A stretch of DNA of 64,000 nucleotides, taken from the NCBI GenBank assembly GCA_016178595.1, contig JACOSY010000014.1:4256-68255 (forward strand). The letters are read 5' to 3'. The stretch is from Ignavibacteria bacterium. Its GTDB lineage: Bacteria; Bacteroidota; Ignavibacteria; UBA10030; SZUA-254. This document shows positions 37,634 through 48,300 of this stretch, piece by piece. Both the position numbers and the translations under genes were made by a program. The notes beneath the pieces were generated by a model. The model was not told the origin of the DNA. It was given only the letters and a program-made list of their open reading frames with translations, and ran no database searches. Positions within the stretch are counted from its first letter, which is position 1. Each line of letters opens with the position of its first letter.

Positions 37634-38659
37634 ATGAAACTGACCTTCGAATATATTGAGCTAAAACTTCGTCATACCTTTACTATCTCGAGAAGTTCAC
37701 GCGATGTCGAGCCTTGCATTATCGTGAGCTTGGAGCATGATGGAATCGTTGGATATGGGGAAGCTGCTCCATCAGAGCGATACGGCGAAACGCCTGAGAC
37801 GGTTATTGCATTTCTCAAAAAGAGCGATCTCATACACTTCAATGATCCGTTTCAACTCGATGAGATTCTTTCGTACATTTCTGAGCTTGCTCCTAACGAT
37901 TTCTCGGCGAGGGCCGCGATTGATATTGCATTGCATGATTTGATCGGGAAGAAGCTTAAGATTCCTCTCTGGAAAATGTGGGGACTGAATGACCACGCAA
38001 CCCCCAAGACATCCTTCACGATCGGGATCGACTCGATTGAAGTTATCGAGAAGAAAGTTCGCGAGGCCAGTGCCTATCCGATTCTTAAAGTAAAGGTTGG
38101 TATCCCTCAAGATAAAATGATCATAAAGATGATTCGTAAAGTGACGGACAAGGTCATTCGAGTGGATGCGAACGAAGGATGGAAGTCTAAGGAAGAGGCG
38201 CGCGATAAGATTCTTTGGCTTGAAACACAGGGAGTGGAATTCATTGAACAACCGATGCCGGCGAGTCAGCTCGATGACATTGCGTGGCTCCGTCAGTATG
38301 TGAACATCCCGCTTATTGCCGATGAAAGTGTCTTGCAGCTTTCCGACATTCCGAGGATTGCGGGAGCATTCGATGGCATCAACATCAAGCTCATGAAGTG
38401 CGCCGGCCTTCGAGAAGCGATGCGGATGATCCACACAGCCAAAGTGATGGGAATGAAAGTCATGCTCGGATGCATGATCGAAAGCTCGGTCGGTATTTCC
38501 GCCGCTGCCCAGCTCTCACCTATGGTTGACTATGCCGATCTCGATGGCAATATTCTCATCACAAATGATCCCTTTGATGGCGTGAAAGTCGTCGATGGTA
38601 GATTGATCTTGAATGAGCGTCCGGGGCTGGGAGTCACTCCGAAAAATCCAATTTCATAG
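37634..38659 (+). CDS. L-Ala-D/L-Glu dipeptide epimerase (enolase superfamily)
   Basis: LKVK, RVDANEGW, IEQP, ADES, NIKLMK, DLDG. Confidence 0.92.
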   Translation: MKLTFEYIELKLRHTFTISRSSRDVEPCIIVSLEHDGIVGYGEAAPSERYGETPETVIAFLKKSDLIHFNDPFQLDEILSYISELAPNDFSARAAIDIALHDLIGKKLKIPLWKMWGLNDHATPKTSFTIGIDSIEVIEKKVREASAYPILKVKVGIPQDKMIIKMIRKVTDKVIRVDANEGWKSKEEARDKILWLETQGVEFIEQPMPASQLDDIAWLRQYVNIPLIADESVLQLSDIPRIAGAFDGINIKLMKCAGLREAMRMIHTAKVMGMKVMLGCMIESSVGISAAAQLSPMVDYADLDGNILITNDPFDGVKVVDGRLILNERPGLGVTPKNPIS

Positions 38660-38670
38660 TCTCAATAGCC

Positions 38671-40506
38671 GTGGCTTCTACAATTAAAATACTTTCCCAA
38701 ACGCTTGCTGATAAGATCGCCGCGGGAGAGGTCGTTCAGCGACCGGCCTCGGCCGTAAAGGAGTTGCTCGAAAACTCGATTGATGCAAAAGCCACATCCA
38801 TGACGGTGATCATCACGAACGCGGGAAAATCATCGATACAAGTAATCGATAATGGCATCGGGATGGATCGAGAGGATGCTGAGCTCGCATTTGCCCGGCA
38901 CGCAACGAGTAAAATTGCAACGTACGAAGATCTTGAGAACATACGAACGCTCGGCTTTCGTGGCGAAGCGCTTGCCTCCATTGCTGCGGTTTCTCACGTC
39001 GAGTTACGGACACGCCAGCATACTGCCGACATCGGAACGAAAGTGCGGATCGAAGGCGGCATTCTGCAGGAAATCACAGAAGAGGCCGCTACGCCCGGCA
39101 CGTCGATCAGCCTTCGAAATCTGTTCTATAATACTCCCGGACGACGGAACTTTCTCAAGAGCAATAACACGGAATTTTCACACATCTTTACCGTTATACA
39201 AAGGATAGCATTGTCGCAGGCAAAGCTCGTCATAACGTTTATCAGCGACGACGAAACGATACTGCAAATTAGGTCGATGGATGTTCATGAGCGTTTGAAA
39301 GAAATCTTCGGAGAGAAATTAGCACAATCGGTCTTCTCATTTGATCAGCGGGACGATTTCCTTTCTGTGAATGGATTTCTTGGGAAGCCGGATTTTCTTC
39401 GGAAGACTCGTACCGAGCAATATCTTTTCCTTAATAACCGGTACATCGTCAGTCGAAGCATTAACCATGCGGTTTTCAAAGCATACGAACATTTGTTGGA
39501 AAAGGGAAGCTTTCCATTCTTCATTCTTTTTCTCACCATCGATCCTCATCGAGTCGATGTCAATGTTCACCCATCGAAAATGGAAGTGAAGTTCGAAGAC
39601 GAATCATCGATTTACCGGTATGTGTTCACGACGGTTCGGAAAGCGCTTGCCGCTCATGATCTTGTTCCGATGGTCGGCCTGGATTCACAAACACCGATGG
39701 GCGATCGTCTCGGACTCATATCAACTCATCATTCGGAAACATCTATTCAACGATCCATCGACTGGAGAGAACTGGTCCGGCCACCAGAGCAAGCTGCTGA
39801 GATATCCCGATTACGATCGGCGGTTTCCCGTGGCGATGATGTTATCATGCACGCTGAGAGCGATGAAATATCAGCGTCAACGTCACATGGGGCACCCGGT
39901 TTGTCTCCAGATCAAACAAAGTCTTTCGTGGATTATCGATTCCCACTCTGGCAAGTTCACAACAAGTACATTATTACGCCGATCGAGTCGGGAGTGATGG
40001 TAGTTGACCAGCATGCTGCCCATGAGCGCGTCCTGTATGAACGTACAATTGCACGTTTCAATGAAACGACAACTCAGTCGCAGCAACTGTTGTTCCCTCA
40101 CACGATTGAAATGATGCCCGGCGATGCCGCACTCGTAACACAGCTCCTGCCATTACTTGAAGCGATGGGCTTCAGCCTGAAATTTTTCGGAAAGACAACC
40201 GTTATTCTCGACGGTATCCCGATGGATGTAAAGCCCGGAAAAGAAAAACAAATCCTCCAGGAGATCATTGATCTGTACAAGGAAGATGAGCATAATGTGA
40301 ATCTTGAGCCGCGTGAGAAATTGGCACAGTCGTATTCGTGCAAGGCGGCCATCAAAGCGGGAGATCCACTCAACCAGGCTGAGATGCAAGGCTTGCTCGA
40401 CCAGCTCTTTGCGACCACCATTCCGTATGTCTGTCCTCATGGAAGACCTGTGATCGTAAAGCTCTCTCTTGCCGAACTTGATCGGCGGTTCGGACGTACG
40501 TCGTAG
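38671..40506 (+). CDS. mutL: DNA mismatch repair endonuclease MutL
   Basis: IAAGEVVQRP, GFRGEALASI, DQHAAHER, CPHGRP. Confidence 0.97.
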   Translation: MASTIKILSQTLADKIAAGEVVQRPASAVKELLENSIDAKATSMTVIITNAGKSSIQVIDNGIGMDREDAELAFARHATSKIATYEDLENIRTLGFRGEALASIAAVSHVELRTRQHTADIGTKVRIEGGILQEITEEAATPGTSISLRNLFYNTPGRRNFLKSNNTEFSHIFTVIQRIALSQAKLVITFISDDETILQIRSMDVHERLKEIFGEKLAQSVFSFDQRDDFLSVNGFLGKPDFLRKTRTEQYLFLNNRYIVSRSINHAVFKAYEHLLEKGSFPFFILFLTIDPHRVDVNVHPSKMEVKFEDESSIYRYVFTTVRKALAAHDLVPMVGLDSQTPMGDRLGLISTHHSETSIQRSIDWRELVRPPEQAAEISRLRSAVSRGDDVIMHAESDEISASTSHGAPGLSPDQTKSFVDYRFPLWQVHNKYIITPIESGVMVVDQHAAHERVLYERTIARFNETTTQSQQLLFPHTIEMMPGDAALVTQLLPLLEAMGFSLKFFGKTTVILDGIPMDVKPGKEKQILQEIIDLYKEDEHNVNLEPREKLAQSYSCKAAIKAGDPLNQAEMQGLLDQLFATTIPYVCPHGRPVIVKLSLAELDRRFGRTS

Positions 40507-40569
40507 CCGTTTTGTTCCTCAAAAGCACGATGAAACCGGCAAACTGTAGCGGTCCTTGTACCGTGCATC

Positions 40570-40598
40570 TTGACAATGTGTAGGATCGTCTCTATCTT
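40570..40598 (+). promoter_or_regulatory. Sigma70-type promoter
   Basis: TTGACA-N17-TATCTT. Confidence 0.6.
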
Positions 40599-40640
40599 TA
40601 ATTTTCTATCGCTTCTTTGAAGATAGGGATGTGGCGAAAG

Positions 40641-43600
40641 ATGTGTCATAACAGAATATACTTTTGGCTTCTGGTTGCTGTGTTTGCCCCTTCGTTGCTT
40701 ATTGGGCAAACTCCCCGCCACATCAACGTACCTCACGAAAGTATTTCAGAAGCTCCGACGAACGCTCTGCGTATCCCCTTTCGTTATCGATTGCTTGGCC
40801 TGCCATTTGAGCGGACTGATTCTGTATCGACTCCAATACATCTCCGGAATGATTCACTGCCTCAGGAGAATGGGATACGCTCTTTCATGCATGGCAACGC
40901 TCTACCGAATCGCTTCCACCAACAGGATGTTACTCGCGGCAAGGGAACACAGTCGATGCAGGCAGATTCATCGATGACGTCGTCGAATGAATTGACCGTC
41001 GCGTGGGTTCAGCATTACGCTTCTAACCTCGTCTCCTCCTCGGACATTCCGAACGCACTTGCGACCGATCGTTTCAGCAACGTCATTGTCACGGGAGTGA
41101 GCACGGCAACGTTTTCCGATGGAGACTACCTGACCATCAAGTATGATCCGCAAGGGAATCAACTCTGGACTGCCCGTGCAGGAAACCCCTCCGGCGGATA
41201 CAGCGTAGCGACTGCGCTCGCAGTTGACCCACAAGGAAATATCTATGTTACGGGGTTCACCAAGAATCCTAACGTGAATTTCGACATCCTCACCATCAAG
41301 TACGACACCGCTGGACACGAACAATGGCGAGCAACCTATAACGGAGTGGCAGACAGCGATGATATTCCAATAGCAATGGCAGTCGATGCAAGTGGAAGTG
41401 TTTACGTTGCCGGCTACTCATACGACAAAGATTTTGATTATGATTATCTCGTTCTCAAATATACGCCAAATGGGATCGAGGAATGGTCCGATCGCTATAA
41501 CGGGATCGGTAATGGAATTGATATTCCGACAGGGATCGCCGTCGGCAATGGCAACGTTACAGTCACGGGAAATGCAGATGGTGGATCGACCGGTTCAGAT
41601 GTGGTAACCGTGCGATATACTACGGCTGGAGTAAGACAGTGGGTGGCTATATATGCGACAGCAGGGAAAGACCGTGCAAATGCTCTCGTCGTAGACGCAT
41701 TGGGAAACACCTACGTCGTGGGATCCGTGCAGGCCGACGCTTCTCCGACAGATTATCTTCTGGTGAAGTATACTCCTGAAGGTATTGAAGATTGGGTCAC
41801 TACATACAACGGGCCAACCAATCGCAATGACGTTGCCACGGGATTTGCTCTTGGACGAAATGGTGAAGGCTACGTCACTGGATTCAGTGAAGCGGGAAAT
41901 GGATACCCTGACGATGTCACGGAGAGGATTGATCTTCAGACTGGCGCAGCACAGTGGATTCAGCGTTACGATAATCCCTACCATGGCGCTGACATTCCTA
42001 TCGGCATCATAGTTTCTTCGGAGGGTTTGATCTACGTCTCCGGATATTCCAAGTATAACGTTGCCGCAGACTATGACTTTCTCACGCTGAAATACGATAC
42101 GGCGGGGAATCGGTTCTCGGAAGTGCGCTACAACGGTGTGGGAAAAGACGATATTGCTACGTCAATTGCGGCCGATTCGACCGGGAATATCTTTGTCGCT
42201 GGAGCGAGTAACGCTCAAGGCTTGGACTATGCGGTCGTAAAGTATGAAGCAAACTTGTATGGCGGCTGGTTTTCTACTTTTTCCGACGGCGCTGGTACTA
42301 GTGATGCTTCATCAGTTGCAACTGACAAAAGCGGAAACGTCTACGTTGCCGGGCAATCCGGCAATAACTTTATCACGATAAAATATAATCCGAGAGGCGA
42401 GAGGCAATGGGTTTCGCAGCTCCCGCAGATTCGGGGCGCTGCAACGGCGTTGAAGCTCGATTCCATTGGTCAACCATGCGTTGCCGGCTACGCTATCGAC
42501 ACTATGACGGGGTACCATGACTTCATCACGGCAAAACTCGACACGAACGGATCACTCCTGTGGAAAGACATTTACCGCGGCCCGTATGGTCGTAATGACG
42601 ACATAGTTGCGATGGCGATTGATGGGCAAGGGAATGTCTATGTGACCGGCCGGAGTTTCAGCACGGTAACCGGCAACGATTTTGTCACGATTAAATATGG
42701 CCCTGATGGTCAGACATTATGGATCGATATTTTTAATGGCGAGCTTGACCTTGATGATGAGCCTGCCGCGATTGTCGTTGATCCCATGCAGAATGTTATT
42801 GTAGTCGGAACCAGCATCCGCTCGCTTACATCCTCTGATTTTACAACGATCAAGTACAACCCCCAAGGGTATCGGCAGTGGATTGAATATGCCGACGGGA
42901 CAGGAAATGGCGTGGATCGTGCGAAAGCCGTATGCGTCGATAGCCAAGGAAACGTGATTGTTACTGGTCGAAGTTTGGGAATAGGATCAGGACCGGACTA
43001 CCTGACCGTCAAATACTCTCCATCGGGTGCTGAGAGGTGGCGAGCACGATTAACCAGAGGCCTCCAAACAGTCGATGAGCCGACTGCGATTGTCTCAGAT
43101 AGAATGGGGAGGATATACGTCACTGGCTTGAGCTACGAAAACTATACGAGCATCGACTACGGCACGGTCCAGTACGGTGCATCCGGTACGGAATTATGGC
43201 GATCATTCTATAACGGTCCTGCGAACGGTGTAGATTACCCGGTAGGACTTGTGCTGGATGCGAGCGGGAATATCTACGTGACAGGAACAAGCTTGGCTTC
43301 CGGATCGTCGACCGATATCGCGACAGTCAAGTATTCGAATGCCGGAAAAGAGCTTTTAGTTGATCGCTTCAATGGATTTGCCAGCTTAAACGACGCAGCA
43401 CATGCTATGACAATTGATACCGCGGGGAACGTTTACATCGCAGGAAATTCTGCAGATCAGGATGGTCGTTTGCAGGCATTGTTGATTAAGTTCGGTCGCC
43501 CGATTCAAGAGTCATGGCCCGTCCGCTATGATGGCCCCGGAGTGAGCATTGATCGAGTAAGCAATCTCGCTGTGGATTCTTCGGGTAATGTCTTTATCTC

Positions 43601-45113
43601 CGGACAAAGCACTCATAGCAACGCATCATCGTATGTCTGGACGATCAAATATAATCCACAGGGATCCGTGCTCTGGAATTCCTTGTCGACCGGTTCGGAC
43701 GAATGGCTGGGATCGCCGCGTGCCATCGCAGTCGACAAGAGTGGGTCGGCAATTGTCACCGGACTTTCCTATGCCTCGTTTAACGCGAGTTCCTATCGCA
43801 CGGTCAAGTACGATCCAAATGGAGCGCAAGAGTGGTCGCAATTATATGGCGGCAGCAGCTACAACTTCGCGGTAGCAAATGTCGTTGACGACAGTTCGTC
43901 GGTTTACGTCACTGGATATAGTGACAACGCTACAACGCATTATGATTTTGCAACATTGAAATATTCTTCGGATGGAATACAGAAGTTGGTTTCACGTTTC
44001 AATGGTCCGAACAATAACCCTGACGATCTCGTCTATGCGATGAAGCTTGATGCCCAAAAAAATGTCTATCTAACGGGACTTACATTTGACGCTACTACAG
44101 GAGGGGATTACGCCACCGTGAAATATGCACCGGATGGAACGCAATCCTGGGCATCGTACTATAACGGACCTGTCCATAGTGATGATCGTGCCCGTGACCT
44201 CAGCGTCGATTCACATGGCAATGTGTATGTTACGGGATGGAGTGTCGGTCCGGACTCGAGCTATGACTATTTGACTATCAAATATGATTCTGTGGGCGCA
44301 GAACAATGGATAGCACGTTATCACGGCCAACAGAGCGAAGAAGACCAGGCAACATCGATTGTCCTTGATAGCATCGGAAATGTCTACGTAACCGGATACA
44401 GCACCCCACCGCCATACATCAGCAGTGATATTATCACCGTGAAGTACGACTCGCTAGGTGTAGAACAGTGGGAACGTCGGTATGATGGTGAAGCGCACGA
44501 AGTTGACATTGCGAACGCGATGTTGATTGATCGCTCCGGATACATCTGCATTGCCGGTCAAAGCACGGCATCCGACGGTGTTCTTGAATCTTTAGTGCTT
44601 ATGTATGACGCAGAAGGTGTACTACGCTGGGTTGGTCGGTACCGGCTGCCGGGAAGTCTCACAAACGAAGCCAGGAAAATGGTTCTCGATGGACGTGGCA
44701 ATCTTTTTGTAACAGGAACATCAGCCGGAGTTGCATGGAGTGTGAGCACGACGATCAAATACAGTCACTCGATATCGAGTGCCGTCAGTAGCGATGCTTC
44801 GGTTGGGATGCATGACTTTGCGTTGCTTCGTAATTATCCGAATCCATTCAATCCGTCCGCAACGATTGAAGTTACTCTTGCTGGATTTGCCTTCCTGACC
44901 CTCAAAGTTTACAATATGCTCGGCCAAGAGATTGCGACATTGGCATCGCATGAGCGAGTGAGTGGCGGAGTGCATTACATAAAATTCGAAGGGATGAACC
45001 TGCCTTCAGGTGTCTATCTTTGCCGGATGAGCGCAGAGCCTATGTATTCTTCCGGCAATAAGGTCGACGGGCGTATGTTTACTGCAACAACTAAGATGCT
45101 CCTGCTTCGTTAA
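40641..45113 (+). CDS. SBBP beta-propeller repeat protein with T9SS C-terminal domain
   Basis: More than 20 repeats of AVD..GNVYVTG...DY.TIKY; NYPNPFNP...KMLLLR; frame open from 40617, start uncertain. Confidence 0.92.
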   Translation: MCHNRIYFWLLVAVFAPSLLIGQTPRHINVPHESISEAPTNALRIPFRYRLLGLPFERTDSVSTPIHLRNDSLPQENGIRSFMHGNALPNRFHQQDVTRGKGTQSMQADSSMTSSNELTVAWVQHYASNLVSSSDIPNALATDRFSNVIVTGVSTATFSDGDYLTIKYDPQGNQLWTARAGNPSGGYSVATALAVDPQGNIYVTGFTKNPNVNFDILTIKYDTAGHEQWRATYNGVADSDDIPIAMAVDASGSVYVAGYSYDKDFDYDYLVLKYTPNGIEEWSDRYNGIGNGIDIPTGIAVGNGNVTVTGNADGGSTGSDVVTVRYTTAGVRQWVAIYATAGKDRANALVVDALGNTYVVGSVQADASPTDYLLVKYTPEGIEDWVTTYNGPTNRNDVATGFALGRNGEGYVTGFSEAGNGYPDDVTERIDLQTGAAQWIQRYDNPYHGADIPIGIIVSSEGLIYVSGYSKYNVAADYDFLTLKYDTAGNRFSEVRYNGVGKDDIATSIAADSTGNIFVAGASNAQGLDYAVVKYEANLYGGWFSTFSDGAGTSDASSVATDKSGNVYVAGQSGNNFITIKYNPRGERQWVSQLPQIRGAATALKLDSIGQPCVAGYAIDTMTGYHDFITAKLDTNGSLLWKDIYRGPYGRNDDIVAMAIDGQGNVYVTGRSFSTVTGNDFVTIKYGPDGQTLWIDIFNGELDLDDEPAAIVVDPMQNVIVVGTSIRSLTSSDFTTIKYNPQGYRQWIEYADGTGNGVDRAKAVCVDSQGNVIVTGRSLGIGSGPDYLTVKYSPSGAERWRARLTRGLQTVDEPTAIVSDRMGRIYVTGLSYENYTSIDYGTVQYGASGTELWRSFYNGPANGVDYPVGLVLDASGNIYVTGTSLASGSSTDIATVKYSNAGKELLVDRFNGFASLNDAAHAMTIDTAGNVYIAGNSADQDGRLQALLIKFGRPIQESWPVRYDGPGVSIDRVSNLAVDSSGNVFISGQSTHSNASSYVWTIKYNPQGSVLWNSLSTGSDEWLGSPRAIAVDKSGSAIVTGLSYASFNASSYRTVKYDPNGAQEWSQLYGGSSYNFAVANVVDDSSSVYVTGYSDNATTHYDFATLKYSSDGIQKLVSRFNGPNNNPDDLVYAMKLDAQKNVYLTGLTFDATTGGDYATVKYAPDGTQSWASYYNGPVHSDDRARDLSVDSHGNVYVTGWSVGPDSSYDYLTIKYDSVGAEQWIARYHGQQSEEDQATSIVLDSIGNVYVTGYSTPPPYISSDIITVKYDSLGVEQWERRYDGEAHEVDIANAMLIDRSGYICIAGQSTASDGVLESLVLMYDAEGVLRWVGRYRLPGSLTNEARKMVLDGRGNLFVTGTSAGVAWSVSTTIKYSHSISSAVSSDASVGMHDFALLRNYPNPFNPSATIEVTLAGFAFLTLKVYNMLGQEIATLASHERVSGGVHYIKFEGMNLPSGVYLCRMSAEPMYSSGNKVDGRMFTATTKMLLLR

Positions 45114-45338
45114 GTGTCTGAACTATCCGATTCGTGCCTTCCCTAAGAGTTCCATTAGATTGTATTAAGAAAGCGGAGTAGTTTCTTCATTGATCCTTGG
45201 AGTTGATGAGATTGCATTTCCTGGGAGGAAAAACTCTTGATTGTCGCTCATATCTTGCGTATCTTTACTTCTATCAGAACTTCAGACAAGACTGTTTGGC
45301 AGAAACAACTATCTTCAACTCATTATGATGGATTGTCC

Positions 45339-48300
45339 ATGATGGCTTTTTGCTACCGAAGGTTATGCATACTCTGCGCGTTCATCGTTATTTTTCTAAT
45401 GACAATCTGTACTTACGCGCAGAACTCATCGGAAGAAATCATTGGTACCCCATGGATTGGTGGGCGAGGAGTTGCTCTCAGCACAAGCGAGATCATGGCA
45501 AGGGCACGAGAACTCAATGCGCGAGGCGTACAACAACCTGTGAGGAAACACCCTGAACATGAGGTTGACCGAAAACACCTGCCATTAAATCCTTTTTCAC
45601 CCAATGTCTCACAGTGGCCGCCAAGACCAATTGAACAAAAATCCACTCAGGAGTCGGGTGTTCTTGCTCCTCAGACACTTTCTACTAATTTTACAGGAGT
45701 GACACTTGCAGATGCCGGCGCCTTCCCTCCGGATGGCATGGGGGCAATCGGTCCGACCCAATTCATAGTGGATGTCAATGGAAGAATTCGATCATTCGAT
45801 AAGAGTACGGGAATTGCCGATGGTGTTCTGGATGTTAACACGGACGTCTTCTTTTCTTCTGTAATGACACCGCCCCTCGCTACGAACTTCACATCGGATC
45901 CTCGTATACGCTACGATCGACTCTCCGGTCAATGGATGGCCATCATGATCGATGTTCCGGGGGGGAGTGGAACGCAGCCCAACCGTATCCTTCTTGCCGT
46001 GAGCAACACAAGCACAATCACGCTTAGCACGGTGTGGACGTATTTTTACTTTCGACAAGATTCCGTTCTACCCTTAGGCAATGCCAATCAATTCGCCGAT
46101 TATCCTACTCTCGGTATCGATAATAACGCGTTGTACATTGGTTGTAACATGTTTAACTCTTCTGGCGCTTTCACGGGTACAACTGGCTTTGTCGTGCGCA
46201 AAAGTTCTATTCTTGGTGCAGGCCCAATTGTTGTTACAGCGTTCCGTGGACTTGTCTCATCTGCGTCTGCTGCAGGGCCGTACACTCCACAAGGAGTCGA
46301 TAACTTTGACCCTTCGGCGACGGAGGGATACTTCATTGGTGTCGACAACGCAACTTTTGGAACTCTGATGCTGCGGAGAGTATCGAATCCAGGAACAACA
46401 CCATCGATCTCATCCAACATCTCATTGACGGTTCTCACAACGACGTTCCCTGTAACTGTTCCTCACCTCGGCAATACGCAAGGAACAAGCGGTGAGTTGG
46501 ATGCACTCGATGATCGTCTCTTTGCAGCCGTCATCAGGAACGGACATCTATGGACGGCGCACAACATTCGTGTATCGAACACCGGTAGTGTATCCGGAAC
46601 CACGAGTCGCGATGCCGCTCGCTGGTACGACATCACGAATCTTGGTACAACACCATCTCTTACGCAATCCGGAACCGTTTACGCGGCCACCGCTGCGAAC
46701 GATACGCTCCAGCGGAACTACTGGATTCCTTCGGTCATGGTTTCGGGACAAGGGCATGTTGCATTGGGATTTAGCACTGCGGGAGTGAGCGAACATGCGA
46801 ACGCGGGGACGGTTGGCCGGCTTTCGGGCGATGCTACTGGTACGATGCAGACTCCACTGCTATACACTGCAAGCTCGACTGCTTATAATCCGTCAAGCGA
46901 TCCTGGTGGTACCAGCGGGCGACGATGGGGCGACTACTCATATACGAGCCTCGATCCGAGTGATGATATGACGATGTGGACCATTCAAGAGTTTTGTGAC
47001 GCAACGAACTCATGGGGTTGCCGAGTTGCCAAGCTGCTTGCGCCACTCCCGGCAACTCCTTCAGCCACGGCGCCATCAAGCATTACGACCGGGACGACGG
47101 TGAACGTAACCGTGACGGGAACGTCTGCAAGCGGCTCGGGCTTCTTTGATCCAGGCACGGGATTCACCAATCGTCTTGCGGCAAGTGTCAATGGGGGAGG
47201 AGTCACGGTCAACAGTGTTACCTACACAAATCCAACAAGTCTAACACTCAACATCACAGTTGCAAGCAACGCAACGGCCGGTGGGCGAACGATCACGGCG
47301 ACAAATCCTGATGGTCAATCAGCAACAAGTACATCGGCAATCCTCACCATCAATTCAGGAAGTTGTCCGACGATTACGCTTTCCCCAACGACAGTGCCGA
47401 ATGGAACGGTCGGAACCTCCTACAACCAAACAATCACGGCGAGTGGTGGAACTTCACCATATACATTCGCCGTAACGAGTGGGTCACTTCCAGCGGGTTT
47501 ATCGTTATCATCGGGAGGTGTCATCTCCGGTACTCCGACCACAGCGGGAAATTCGAACTTTACGATCACTGCTACCGATGGAAGCGGAAATAATTGTACG
47601 GGTAGCCAGTCATATTCACTAACAATAAATGCAGCAGTGGTCACCGACATTGCACTCACCTCTCTTGGCTCGACCTACGCGCAGGACTTCAACACGCTGG
47701 CTTCGTCCGGTTCTTCCAATACCTGGACAGACAACTCGACCATTCCCGGGTGGTTTGCTTCGACAACCACCTATGCTGCATCTACCGGATCTTCAACAAC
47801 AGGCGCTTTGTACAGTTTCGGATCGTCTGGCAGTACAGAGAGAGCTCTCGGCTCACTTGTCACCAATGGGACCGGGGAAATCTCGTATGGAGCCCGTTTT
47901 GTGAATCAGACGGGATCGACCATTACGTCTCTTGCGATAAGTTATACCGGGGAACAGTGGCGTAATAATGGGAACACAACAGCTCAAACACTCGCGTTTC
48001 AATACCAAGTGGCAAATGCAGGAGTGCTGACGTCAATCACGAGCGGTACCTGGACGAATTTTTCGTCGCTCGATTTCACCAGTCCGATTCATACATCCAG
48101 TGCGAGCTCCCTCGACGGAAATAGTGCTGCGAATCGTACCGCCCTGTCGGCAACTCTAAGCGTTACGGCGGCGAATGGGCAGGAAGTTTGGGTACGATGG
48201 AGAGATGTAAACGATGCCGGAAACGATCATGGACTTGCTGTCGATGATTTCTCTCTAACGCCCAATGGAGTTTCTCCAACAAACCCCGCTGTTGTTGGTG

